64,000 nt of DNA, taken from Basidiobolus meristosporus CBS 931.73 (taxonomy: Eukaryota > Fungi > Basidiobolomycota). The notes below the pieces were generated by a model. It did no database searches, was not told the origin of the DNA, and saw only the letters and a program-made list of their open reading frames with translations. Shown here piece by piece: positions 1-11,381 of the stretch. The position numbers were made by a program, and so were the translations under genes. The first letter of the stretch is position 1. Every line of letters begins with the position of its first letter. The stretch is taken from contig MCFE01000510.1 of assembly GCA_002104905.1 (NCBI GenBank), positions 1 to 64,000 on the forward strand, in the 5' to 3' direction.

Positions 1-187
1 TTGTAGTTCAATAGTTTTCCCTTGACAAGCTTGAGGCTTTATCCCCCATCACATTAGATTAGATAAAAGACCCAGTATTCCTAGCAAGCTTTTGCCAGAG
101 GTTATTGCACCCAGTGAACACCCCACACACATTCACACTTGAGAAGTGTTGGCCGTATTTTGCCTTTTGGACTTATACACCACCACA
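1..187 (+). mobile_element. 3' end of a Ty3/Gypsy LTR (family A), cut by the window edge
   Basis: Matches the last ~190 nt of the LTRs at 10171-11241 and 16277-17347 and ends in ...TATACACCACCACA at 187. Confidence 0.92.
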
Positions 188-910
188 CCGTTGGATAGTG
201 CCACATTGAGCCATGAGTGCCAAATAGTGCCATTGCATGCCAGAGAGGCATAGTAGACCTAAACTTGGCCCCAGAGTGTGAAACATAGCTCTGCATCTTC
301 ATGCAAAGCAGCCCCTGTGTTTCACCCATTGTGCTGGAGAAAATCCATTTTTTGACCATTTTTTTTGGATCAATGTTGTGCATGACGTGTAAGAGGACAG
401 AAGGACTGAAGACATGCATCTGGTACTCAATACCCATGGCACTCTGAATCTAGCTCCTGTAGCGTATATCATGTCACAAAAATGAATGGCACTATCTTGG
501 TTCACTGGTACTATATGGCACTATAAGTGCTTTGTATAGGTCTTACTTTAGGGCTAATATTTAAATATAGTGCCAGATAGTACCAGTGGACCAAGATAGT
601 GCCATTCATTTTTGTGACATGATATACGCTACAGGAGCTAGATTCAAAGTGCCATGGGTATTGAGTACCAGATGCATGTCTTCAGTCCTTCTGTCCTCTT
701 ACACATCATGCACAACATTGATCCAAAAAAAAGGTCAAAAAATGGATTTTCTCCAACTCAATGGGTGAAACACAGGGGCTGCTTTGCATGAAGATGAAGA
801 GCTATGTTTCACACTCTGTGGCCAAGTTTAGGCTCACTTGGCCTCCCAGGCACACTATGGCATCATTTGGCCCTCATGGCTCAATGTGGCACTATTCAAC
901 GGAACAAGTC
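188..910. mobile_element. Foldback / long-TIR non-autonomous element (PIF/Harbinger-related MITE-like); left tip interrupted by the LTR
   Basis: Inverted arms 188-525 and 566-902 with a 40 bp loop. The right end continues GGAACAAGTC to 910, followed by TAA. The terminal ~23 bp match the terminus at 3472. Confidence 0.8.
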
Positions 911-1129
911 TAATATATCTATTTCTGTCGGATAAGGATCTGCTGATTCATTTGCTGACTAATGCTACTGATTTTATATATAATACCAATGTACTGATAA
1001 CCTGAACATATACTAATTGATTTGACTAAAAACTGATCTAACTTAAACATTCAAGTGGCAGATCAGAACAATAGATAACACTGCACCTGATTGCCTCATC
1101 AACACTTTAGGATGGACTGACCACCTACT

Positions 1130-2385
1130 TTCTGATATGGGAGGTGGTGATGTTATGATGCCCACTTGCTGGTCTTTTACCAATGGTACTGCCTTTGCTA
1201 TATTCTTATCTGGCTGATCATTATGGTGATCTGCAGATCTTCAGAAATTCTTGATTGCATACTTAAATCTAAGCCTCCAAAGTCTGCATTATTACCTCCA
1301 GTAATTATAGCCCTGCTGGTTGTACTTAGTGTCAGAACAAGCTGTTGTACTACCATTCTTCTGCTGATGTCAGCAGTGTAGTCTGGTTGGGAACCAAATG
1401 ACTGCTATTTTTGGGTGGCATATATACAGATGTGAGTAACACTAAAGGGGACTAGGTGTTACATTTACATGTACATGTGATGCCACAAATTTATTTATAA
1501 TGCTTCTCATGGCAGGTTGTTAGTGATTCTTTCATTCATCTAAGTGCAATATCTCAAACACTTGACTGTCTTAAGCTCACTTCAGTATTGACAAAAAAGT
1601 GATGTATTAGCATTGTTTTGTTGAGTGTTAGGATGTTTTCCAGCAGTGAAGACTAACTTGATTCAATGCCATAAGAGAAGATAAGCATAGACAATAAAGC
1701 TATTTTATGAAAGCTTGCACCCTTGAGGCACACAAAGAGTATAGGAAAGCTACAAGGATCACAGCCAATGTTTTGCCACACAAGTTGCATTTTGGTGTTC
1801 CTCAATTACTGCTGTACTAAGTATAACTTGCTAGCCACTTGATACCTTTATAATAGCACTCAGCCATACTTGTCTCATTGCACATACTGCATCAGGTGAG
1901 TTTGTGACCCATTTGGGCTCTCTTCAATCTTTGTAATATGGTATACAGAGTGATAGCACTGAAAACAAAAGCACACCATTGGATTCTGAGCCTATTTCCT
2001 CTGATAACAGGACCCTGCACAAACCTTGACTATCCCAATATTCACTGAGATGGCACATGTGGAATAAATGCCAATGATACTTTGTGGAGCCAAGTGAGCA
2101 TAATGATCCATCTACTGCTTAATGTTATGAGGTTGTGCTTACAGAGGTGGCATGTTAACATTAATATTGGTAATAGGGGTGTGGAAGATCTACTATTACT
2201 CCTCTTCAAAATCATTCCAGATTGAAACTGACCATATAGACAGTACAAATGGAAACCATCATGTGACTGGCAGCATTTAACCCAGAGACCATCTGGATAC
2301 CAGTTTGTGTTAACAGATGCATGCCATTCACATCAGAAAATGCCACCATAACAACACCACCATAGGAAGAAACAATTTTTCACAC
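1130..2385 (+). pseudogene. Degenerate second copy of the CACTA element centre (accessory ORF start plus transposase N-terminus)
   Basis: Colinear similarity to the reverse complement of ~18480-19700 (e.g. GATACTTTGTGGAGCCAAGTGAGC; CAGGTGAGTTTGTGA). Many stops; truncated by the LTR at 2386. Confidence 0.8.
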
Positions 2386-3454
2386 TGTAGTGGGATCACA
2401 GTAGCACCTACTGACAGATGTGCTCATTCCCATATTTCTACTTCCCTATTTCTCTAATACATTTATTTTAGTTTTATCCCATTTGTCTTACTTGAACAGT
2501 AATATCCCATAAGCTGGTTGACTATCTCACCAGCTTTCCTTACTGCATAACTTATCCCTCACTCTATGTAGGATTACTAGCTCTAAGTGCTTCCATATTA
2601 GGCAAGTGCTCACGCCAGTACCCATGACAAATGATCAACCTGTGTCACCATCCCTACCATTTCTATACCATATGTGGTAACACTATGTTACACAGGTTTC
2701 AGGGTACTGATTCCTGATTGGTTGAGTTTGCTGTGCCTCTTAGAACCTCCCAGCACCTACTTAGAATACTCTTAGCTCACTCTGATGTCATTAAGATTTC
2801 TATGAACTCTGTACCCTTCTGAGACACTTAGATTAGTAATCACTTAACCAGTGAGAAAGGTATATAAGGGAGGCAATCCCTCAACAGTAAATAATCATCC
2901 CTTTTATCAATATACCAACTTGACTGATTAGTGTGATCAGCTCTACCTGCTGCTACCTGTACTTCCAACCCCAGACCACAGGACACTCCCAAAAAACCAT
3001 GCTGACAGCCAACTGACCTTGAAGGCACTACTTGTAAGGAATACTCAGAGTAGGTATCTTCTATTATATTTAATTCTTTTCCAAGTTTGTTCTTATACAG
3101 GCAAAGATACTTTTCTGTCTTTGTAACTATAGACCACAGCTGCATTCTTATCAAGTCCCTGCTGGTGGAGTTTACAGCTGTTTTGGCTTTGGAAGCTTTA
3201 GTACATTGTCATCTCAAAGGACACTAAACCCAGCACATACTTTTGTTAAGATGCCAACTAAGTTGGGGATTGTAGCTCAATAGTTTCTCTTGACTGGCTT
3301 GTAGCTTTGTTTCCCATCACATTAGATTAGAAACAGAACTCAAGTATTCCTAGCAAGCTTTTGCCAGAGGTTATTGCACCCAGTGAAAACCCCATACATA
3401 AAACACTTGAGAAGTGTTGGATGTATTTCTCCTTTGGACCTATACACCACCACC
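2386..3454 (+). mobile_element. Solo LTR, Gypsy family A
   Basis: Starts TGTAGTGGG, is colinear with 10171-11241 and ends TATACACCACCAC. No internal domain and no matching TSD (left flank CACAC). Confidence 0.9.
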
Positions 3455-4313
3455 ATGATCTGGATATAATAGACTTGTTCCATTGTACCATGCCAGGGTG
3501 CGCAGCACAATCTGCGGTCTTTAAGAGCAATCAGGTGTGATATTGTTGCAACCAGTAGGCAGGATTGCTCTTGGACAATTTTGCACCATGTGGGACAATC
3601 GTGCACACTATGGCACAATCTGACATGATGAGGTTGGCACAAATGATTGCGCCCACTTGTAATGTTTGCATCACATGCACAATTGGATACCGCTATCATG
3701 GAGGGTAAAATCTGGTATTTGAATATGTTTCTTTAATATTAATGGAAATAAATGTGTATCACACTATAAATCACACTGATACTTACCATTTTGGCTACCA
3801 TCACTCCAATTGGATGGTATCTCAGTAGTTGATTGATCCAAAAGTATCCTGAAGCTTTCAGCCCCCATTTGGCCCTTTGACCAATACACAAGCTACCTGA
3901 TCTGCCATCAAATATCCCATTTTGCCCATTAAGCAAGTAAATCCCTCATCCTAGTGATTGGACAAGGTGTCATAGCTAGCATGCAACCAATTGTATGGGT
4001 GCAAATTGGATCAAATGGCTGCACTGATGCCACAGATGATGTATACATATGCAGGGTGTTTATTTATAGGGGTCCTGTCTCAAATGTGAGACAACCTTAA
4101 TATTGCTTATATCAGAAATTTAGTGATCACTAATCTGCAATGACTTTATGCTGATTGCAAAAAAAAAATGCGTTGTTTGGATTATTACAAATAATAGCAA
4201 TTCAATGCAATTGCATCATCTTCTCCTAGGCTTTTTTCTCCCAGGGATTACTACTCAAGCATTTGGTAGTGATTCACTTTGCACACCTAAGTTACATTCT
4301 TGCTGACTATCCT

Positions 4314-5306
4314 CTAGGGTACTTGTGTATTAGCAGTCTGTATTTTGCCTCCTAGTTGATGACTGCAATGCTGCAGCTTGGCCACGCTGAATTGCTCCGG
4401 ATGATGCAACAACATGGCCCTTGGCTGAGTTTGATGTGATGCTGCTTGCTGACGCAATTTGGCCTGCTCTAATGGACTTGTGTCTTTTTGAGCAGTTTGG
4501 CAGGTTCTGGTGGTTTTGCTCTGAAGCATGCGTGTTGACCCAATATGTGTTGAGTCAATGCGGGGTGCTCTTGTGAAGGGTGTTGGCGTAGTTTGGACTG
4601 ATGTGTGCCGGTGCGCTGAAGTTGCAAGGGATGGTAAGGAATCCAGCTAGGTGTACTGGTGTGATCTAGACAATGTTGCTTGTGGTCTGCATTCCTCCTC
4701 TTGAAGCTCACCTTCTGATTCCTCAAAGTATTCACTTACTCTGTGTCTAATACTTTGCAACTGTTGCCTGGATGAGTCCTGTGTATATTGCTCTTGGAAG
4801 CCCCTTAGCTCCACTGATATATCACATAATACATTAGTCACTTGAGGCAAAAACTCATTCAAAATTTCTTTGGTTCCCCAAGTCAAGGCACAAATGGACG
4901 TGTCCAGCCTGTACTGTGCAAATTGCGTGCAAAATTCTTCCTGTATGGCTTCCTCATCAAATCCCCTCACTCTCAGCTCATTCTTGATTTCAATATTTGT
5001 CTTGTTATATATCTTCTTACATACATCTGCTGGCATCTTGATGTAGAACTCATGACACAGCTTTCTACTCAGGTTCTTCCATCTCTGTCAACTCTTGGAG
5101 GTATCTGGTTCTGCTAGATTAATGAGTAGTGCCCAAATATCTGTATGAAGGCTCATCATAGACACTTGGGCAATACTGAATTCATTTGGCAAGAACTCAA
5201 ACAGATCCTACATTGCCTTTTCCGGTTTGGACTGCACTTGTGAGCTGGGGGATGGGTTTTGTCTGGGTTGAACCAAAGTTGAGTTGAGACTTGGTATAGG
5301 GACCAT
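4314..5306 (-). pseudogene. Myb/SANT(trihelix)-like accessory protein of the Harbinger element, 3 in-frame stops
   Basis: One frame from ATG 5306 (MVPIPSL...) through ORFs 4647-5036 and 4314-4529, with TAG/TGA/TAG interruptions. The segment DIW...W-K-N-L-S-R-K-L...DVCKKIYNK resembles trihelix helices 2-3. Confidence 0.55.
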
Positions 5307-5450
5307 GGTGCTGGATTTGAATACTTATACAGTAGTGTATTGGCGTCAACCTGGTCTTATATGAAATATATGTGAGAACTAATGTGATTGTTGAATTTTC
5401 AATATATTATGTATGATGCATCTTGGATTGCATTGACAGTGGACTTTACA

Positions 5451-5607
5451 CTAAAGCGGTGCCTAAAGGGGCTTCTTTTGAGTAAAGGAGTTTCTTAAAA
5501 GGGTCTTTAAAGGGGTCTTTAGACTAAAGGGGTGTCTAAAGGGGTCTTTAGACTAAAGGGGTGTCTAAAGGGGTGTCTTTAGAGTAAAGGGGTTTCTTAG
5601 AGGGGAC
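5451..5607. repeat. G-tract tandem repeat (TAAAGGGG core, 29 bp higher-order unit with a CTTTAG-A-CTAAAG mini-palindrome)
   Basis: About 11 degenerate TAAAGGGG units between the two divergent Harbinger ORFs. Confidence 0.85.
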
Positions 5608-6382
5608 TTCTCTGACAGAGAAGTAGTAATTTTCTTGTAGAACTTAGATTGGAATCTTGTGAGCTTTGCAGTCTCTTTACTGATGTAGTGTCAATCAAAG
5701 TCAAAATACTCAACAGTGCAAGTGATGCAGGGGAAGTCTTACAACCTTTAAACTTGTAATTGTAGTGTGGAGATTCTGGAAAGAGAGGCTCTCCCTTTAT
5801 TTTTCAGCTGGGAAAGTCAAATATATGAAATATTTGAAGGATCAAAGTTTTTGGGCAATTGCGCAAGCAATACATGTGATACAAAGCTCAAATTTTGCAG
5901 TGGTGCAGATTGGACATAGGCGCAGCTCCTGTGAGAATGTCACATGATATGATTGGCAGGTTGGAAAGCTACATGTGATCAAAGTCACCATAGTGATCCT
6001 AGCAATAAGGCATAGTATATATAATAATTGGACTCTTTTGGTCATAACTCCTTAAGTACTGCTACAAATGAGCTGTAATTTAAAACATGTGTTGGCAACT
6101 ACATATTCTGTATGACATAATATTCTTGAGTGGATTGCTTGTCAGGGTCTGGAGCATTTGTTCTTCAAAGTTGGAAATTCTTGATCTTTCACTTGTGTAT
6201 TACAATATCAAAAGCAAAATAAGGAAATGAGTGCAATATTGGTTTAGAGATATTGTAGTAATGGAATACTTTCCATTACCACAAATCATCTCAGCCCAAT
6301 CCCTTCCAATTTTAATACAACTTACCCATTTGAATGGTCTTTTCTCATCAATCCCATCACTACCACTGGATTTCCTATTGAC

Positions 6383-7192
6383 ATGCTAGAGGAGATCTAT
6401 ACCAAGTGCTGTGGTCCATCTACCTCAATCTACTCAAGGAGATCCCTTGTTAAGCTTCTCTGCTATTACAAGAACTATTGCCCTACAAGGTTTCATCCCA
6501 CCATCCATGGCAACAAAAGTCCTAGAAACTTTCATTCTCAGCTGACAGCAATGGAGAACCACCTTGCAGAGGGTATGAATGACATAGAGCAAGCTTGGAG
6601 CACTAGGTTTAGAAGCTCCAATAAACTTCCATATCCCAGAGTGTTCAGCAACAGGTTCCAAATAAGGAGTATTTTGGATATCTTCCCAGTCAGGATTAAC
6701 AGACCTTCTAGAGGGCAGAGGCACTTTTATTCTGGCAAGTACAAGGCATACTGTGTGAACTTTCAAGCACTGTCTGACATTGAGGGTAACATTATCTGGT
6801 TTAGTCAGCCATTTGCTGGAAGTAGTCATGACAAAGCACTCTGGGCAGAGAATCATCCAGAATTCAGTAGAGGGGAAAAATGTATGGCAGACTTAGCTTA
6901 TATAAGAGAGGATTATCAGAGATTAGGATGTATTACAGCTTATAGGAAGCCAAGGAATGGTGTGCTTAGCAGGAAGCAGAAGCTCTACAATGAGATATTT
7001 AATCATTTCAGAGTGAGGGTAGAGAATACACTTGGATACCTGAAGAGATTCAGCATATTGGCAGGTAAATACAGAGGAAAGTTGTATATAGGAGAACTCA
7101 GCAGCATAGGCAAAATAGTTAAGATACTTATCAATGCAGTACATTTGTACAAGAAGACATCCACTGAGAGAAATGTGTCTGGAGCATTATGA
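6383..7192 (+). CDS. DDE transposase, PIF/Harbinger-IS5/ISL2 type (DDE_Tnp_4-like)
   Basis: 269 aa open frame. Motifs: ILDIFPVRINRP (D1), YSGKYK..., FAGSSHD, ADLAY (D2), YN...RVRVENTLGYLKRFSIL (E). An in-frame upstream ATG at 6227 is separated by one TAG at 6245. Confidence 0.85.
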   Translation: MLEEIYTKCCGPSTSIYSRRSLVKLLCYYKNYCPTRFHPTIHGNKSPRNFHSQLTAMENHLAEGMNDIEQAWSTRFRSSNKLPYPRVFSNRFQIRSILDIFPVRINRPSRGQRHFYSGKYKAYCVNFQALSDIEGNIIWFSQPFAGSSHDKALWAENHPEFSRGEKCMADLAYIREDYQRLGCITAYRKPRNGVLSRKQKLYNEIFNHFRVRVENTLGYLKRFSILAGKYRGKLYIGELSSIGKIVKILINAVHLYKKTSTERNVSGAL

Positions 7193-7245
7193 AGAGTAAA
7201 TAAAGCAAGGAAAACACTACTCTGAGCAACATAAGTAAGATTGAT

Positions 7246-8142
7246 TATTGAGCTACAATCCCCAACTTGGTTGGCATCTTAACCAAAGTATGTGCTGGGT
7301 TCAGCATCCTTTGAGATGACAATGTACTAAAGCTTCCAAAGTCAAAACAACTGTAAACTCCACCAGCAGGGACTTGATAAGTATGCAGCTGTGGTCAATA
7401 GTTACAAAGACAGAAAAGTATATTTGCCTGTACAAGAACAAACTTGGGAAAGAGTCAACTATAATAAAAGATACCTACTCTGAGTATTCCTCACAAGTAG
7501 TGCCTCCAAGGTTAGTTGGCTGTCAGTACAGTTTCCTGGGAGTGTCCTATGGTCTGGGGTTGGAAGTTCAGGTAACAGCAGGTTGCAGTGATCACACTAA
7601 TCAGCAAGTTGGAATATTGATAAAAGGGATAATGATTTATTGTTGAAGGATAGCCTCCCTTATATACTTTTCTTACTGGCTAAGAGATTACTAATCATGG
7701 TGTTCTAGAAGGTTCCAGATGTCAATAGAAATCTTAATGGCATTGGAATGACCTAAGAATGATCTAACTAGGTGTTGGAAGGTTCTAAGAGGCTCAGTAG
7801 ATCCAACTAAATGGGTATCAGTACTCTGAAACCTGTGTAACATGGGGATACCACATATGGTATGAAAATGGTAGGGATGGTGACTCGGGTTGATCATGTG
7901 TCAAGGTACTGGTACGGGTACTTGCCTAATATAGAAGCACTTATAGAGAGAAATCTTACATAAAGTGAGGGATAACTTATGCAATAAGGTAAGCTGGTGT
8001 GATAGTCAACCAGCTTATGGGATAGTACTGATCAGGTAAGACAAATCTGATAAAACTAAAATAAGTCTAGTAGAGATATAGGGAAGTAGAGAATATGGGA
8101 ATGAGCACATCTGTCAGTGGGTGTTGCTGTTACCCCACTACA
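7246..8142 (-). mobile_element. 3' LTR (truncated by ~170 nt) of an inverted Gypsy family A fragment
   Basis: Reverse complement begins TGTAGTGGGG at 8142, preceded by the PPT GAGGGGGGTGGTGAA (8143-8157). Homology stops at ~7246. Confidence 0.9.
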
Positions 8143-8182
8143 TTCACCACCCCCCTCAGCTTTGAGCTTGAGTCAAAGAAAA

Positions 8183-8910
8183 CTAATCTTGATGTGCAAA
8201 ATTCCTATGCTTGAATAACTTAAGTTGGTTTCCTGCAACTGGTCCTCTCAACTGGGTGTTGTCAAGCTCAGATATGTAATAATTTCCATTTCCAATCACT
8301 TTGGAAATGATGTAGGGGCCAGTCCATTTGTTGTCACACTTCTGACTCCGTTGTTTGTCCATGGTGGAATAATAGAGTAATACTGGGTCTCCTAGTGATA
8401 GTGGTTTTGATCTTGTTGAGTGTGATGTGTCAAAGGGCACCTTGTTCTTCAGTTGTGTATCCTTAAGTTGTTCAGCAGCTCTGCTGATACTCAGGTCATG
8501 GTGATCAAGCTGCTGTATGCAAGTTGCAAGGAGGTCTTCAGTCTGCATATTGGATCTCCAATTCAATGAGTTCCAAGTGACTGTGTTTAACTCAACTGGT
8601 AGTATTCAGTCATGTCCATAGAGTAGCTTGAATGGCAATAATCCAGTTGTTCTCTTGGTAGTAATTCTATCTGCCCAGAGTGCAAGATGCAATTGCTGTG
8701 CCACAGTGTTGTGTTATTCTCAGAGGTCTTGACAAGAGAGTTCACCAATGGTCCATGTCCTCTCTCTATCATTCCATTAGCTTAAGGGTGGTAAGCTGTT
8801 GTAAAAACAATGTGTATCTTGTACTTTGAGTGCAACTCCTGGATCATATGGGATGTCATCTCTCCTCTGTCCACAATAAACTGTTGTATGCAGCCAAATC
8901 TGCAGATAAT
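8183..8910 (-). pseudogene. Gypsy integrase C-terminal fragment
   Basis: Homologous to 15520-16237 (RGHGPLVNSLVK, KWTGPYIISKVIGNGNYYISELD). Frameshifted and cut at the CACTA terminus (8911). Confidence 0.9.
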
Positions 8911-9153
8911 CCCTATGAAAAATAATTTGGTCCCGCGGGTGGATCCAATCCAGGTCATCCGTCACAATCCTGTTTAGAGACTGTCATAATAACAGCAGCT
9001 TGGAATTAGTGACCCTCCTGACAATCTTATAATGCAATCATGACAGTGTTTTGCAAATTTTACAGCCAAATAAAGGGGTAAAACTTGACAATTTTTGATT
9101 AGTGCTGTGGCAATATTTGCATGGTATTGTTGCGGTCTTTCAGCACTATATTA

Positions 9154-10170
9154 CTATTTAAAGTGGATCCCGTTGGCAAGGACTTCCAATTGCCTTATAT
9201 GGCTAGAAACTTGAAAGTGTTTTGACGGCCTCACAGCAAGACTCCAATGGCTATTTCTTGGCAGTATGACAGCCTGCTGCTGGTTCTGTATAATGCTACC
9301 GTACCAACTTACCAAATGGTATTTCCTTTTTCTACCTCCCCTTGTGCAATTCATATATTCCACTGTAGAATCACCTTTGTTTATTTGCTTACCCACTACT
9401 ACCTTGGGTGTTCCACATATAGTTTGAATCAAAAAAACTATGGCCTTCTGCTTACTAACCTCTACAAACGCACACACCTGCCACAACTGACATACTTCTA
9501 TCACCTTAACTTTATGGCTTTTTAGTGTGATACTTGCAAAGTTGCCATATACCTTGTACTGCTGGTAGCATATACATCTTGCAAACATATGCTTGGTTGT
9601 TGCCACTTCTGCCACAAATACCTCCTGAATATTGGCAAAGAACTTCTTGGTATTTAGCCAATATATTCCTTCTCCCTGCTGAATTCTAGTCCCCATTATA
9701 GGTGCGCTCTAGCTTTTGTTTGTGTGAGTTCCGTATTGAATGGTGTAGAAGTTAGCTTGTGACCACAAGAAAACTGGCATATCTTGGTGGAGTTTTCCTG
9801 ATAAAAATTAGTTGCTTGTTGCACCCAACCCAACTTTGCATTACTTAACTGATTACCCACGCATTGGAGCTGCTTAGCTTCTTAATGCCATAGGCATAGG
9901 TGTCTTCATGTGCACATTTGTCCTCAGTATTTTCCAAATCTTTCTGGCTGTCCTCCATGTGCCAACTCATCATATCCATGATGGACTTGAAGGTAATATT
10001 CTTGATGAGATTGGGATATGGTAGTACCTACAACTTGACTTGTCTTCCTATCTCCCCACACATCCGCTCCATAGGAAACTCCCAAAAGGTGAAGCAAGGC
10101 CCAATATTCTCCACACACCATGCAAGATGGAGTAGAGAATGGATACAGTAGTGGCAGAGATCTATATTGT
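9154..10170 (-). pseudogene. CACTA transposase, C-terminal part (DUF4218-like)
   Basis: Translates as IDLCHYCIHSLLHLAWCVENIGPCFTFWEFPMERMCGEIGRQVK, the H-x-L-L-H...GP...W-x-F-x-x-E-R motif of fungal En-Spm transposases. ORF 9154-9696 is probably the last exon. Confidence 0.8.
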
Positions 10171-11241
10171 TGTAGTGGGGTGACAGTGACACCCACTGAC
10201 AGATGTGTTCATTCCCTTATTTTCTACTTCCCTATATCTCTACTACACTTATTTTAGTTTTATCCCATTTGTCTTACCAAATCAGTACTATCCCATAAGC
10301 CAGTTGACTATCACACCTGCTTACCTTATTGCATAAGTTACCCCTCACTTTATGTAAGATTACTAGCTATTAGTACTTCTATATTAGGCAAGTACCCGCA
10401 CCAGTACCCATGAGACATGATCAACCTGTGTCACCAACCCTACCATTTCCATACCATATATGGTATCCCCATGTTACATAGGTTTCAGAATACTGAATCC
10501 TGATTGGTTGGATGTGCTGTGCCTCTTAGAACCTTCTGGCACCTACTTAGAACATTCTTAGGTCATTCTGATGTCATTAAGATTTCTATTGATATCCCAA
10601 ACCTTCTGGAACACCATGATTAGTAATCACTTAGCCAGTAAGAAAAGTATATGAGAGAGGCTATCCCTTAACAATAAATCATCATCCCTTTTATCAATAT
10701 ACCAACTTGTTGATTAGTGTGATCACTGCTACCTGCTGCTACCTGAACTTCCAACCCCAGACCACAGGACACTCCCAGGAAACCATGCTGACAGCCAACT
10801 GACCTTGGAGGCACTACTTGTGAGGAATACTCAGAGTAGGTATCTTTTATTATAGTTGACTCTTTCCCAAGTTTGTTCTTGTAAAGGCAAATATACTTTT
10901 CTGTCTTTGTAACTATTGACCACAGCTGCATTCTTATCAAGTCCCTGCTGGTGGAGTTAACAGTTGTTTTGACTTTGGAAGCTTTAGTACATTGTCATCT
11001 CAAAGGATGCTGAACCCAGCACATACTTTTGTTAAGATGCCAACTAAGTTGAGGATTGTAGCTCAATAGTTTTACCTTGACAAGCTTGTGGCTTTATTCC
11101 CCTTCACATTGGATTAGAGACAGAGCCCAAGTATTCCTAGCAAGCTTTTGCCAGAGGTTATTGCACCCAGTGAACACCCCACACACAAAACACTTGAGAA
11201 GTGTTGGATGTATATCTCCCTTGGACCTATACACCACCACA
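10171..11241 (+). repeat. 5' LTR
   Basis: TGTAGTGGGG...CACCACCACA; roughly 95% identical to the 3' LTR by eye. Confidence 0.97.
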
Positions 11242-11245
11242 TATT

Positions 11246-11263
11246 TGGCACCCAACATGAGGG
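11246..11263 (+). promoter_or_regulatory. Primer-binding site, tRNA-Lys(CUU)-like
   Basis: TGGCACCCAACATGAGGG 4 nt after the LTR, versus the known tRNA-Lys1,2 PBS TGGCGCCCAACGTGGGGC. Both CpG positions read CpA. Confidence 0.7.
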
Positions 11264-11381
11264 GTACATACAAGCTCCCTAGGACCCAACAAGATTTACC
11301 TGAAGATTTGAGCTGTTATCCACCTATTGAAAAGAGACTACCAATATTACCAAGATTACAACACCAACCCACCTGCCCAAA

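Larger units (their letters stand above)
3472..7245. mobile_element. PIF/Harbinger-like DNA transposon, right end lost
   Basis: Left terminus GACTTGTTCCATTG at 3472 is shared with the foldback element. It carries a divergent Myb/SANT-like ORF (-) and DDE_Tnp_4-type transposase (+), the two-gene layout known for PIF/Harbinger. The right side is cut by the LTR at 7246. The extent is inferred. Confidence 0.6.

Noticed and set aside
102-768. ORFs 102-437, 299-505 and 586-768, two of them near-identical on opposite strands
   Set aside because: Mirror images produced by the foldback inverted repeat; no protein features.
4221-4246. CACTA-like terminus (reverse complement CCCTGGGAGAAAAAA) followed by ATT
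   Set aside because: No convincing partner TIR upstream, so no element could be delimited.
5451-5607. Repeat array as a CRISPR or telomere
   Set aside because: No unique spacers and the unit is irregular; eukaryotic context inside a transposon.
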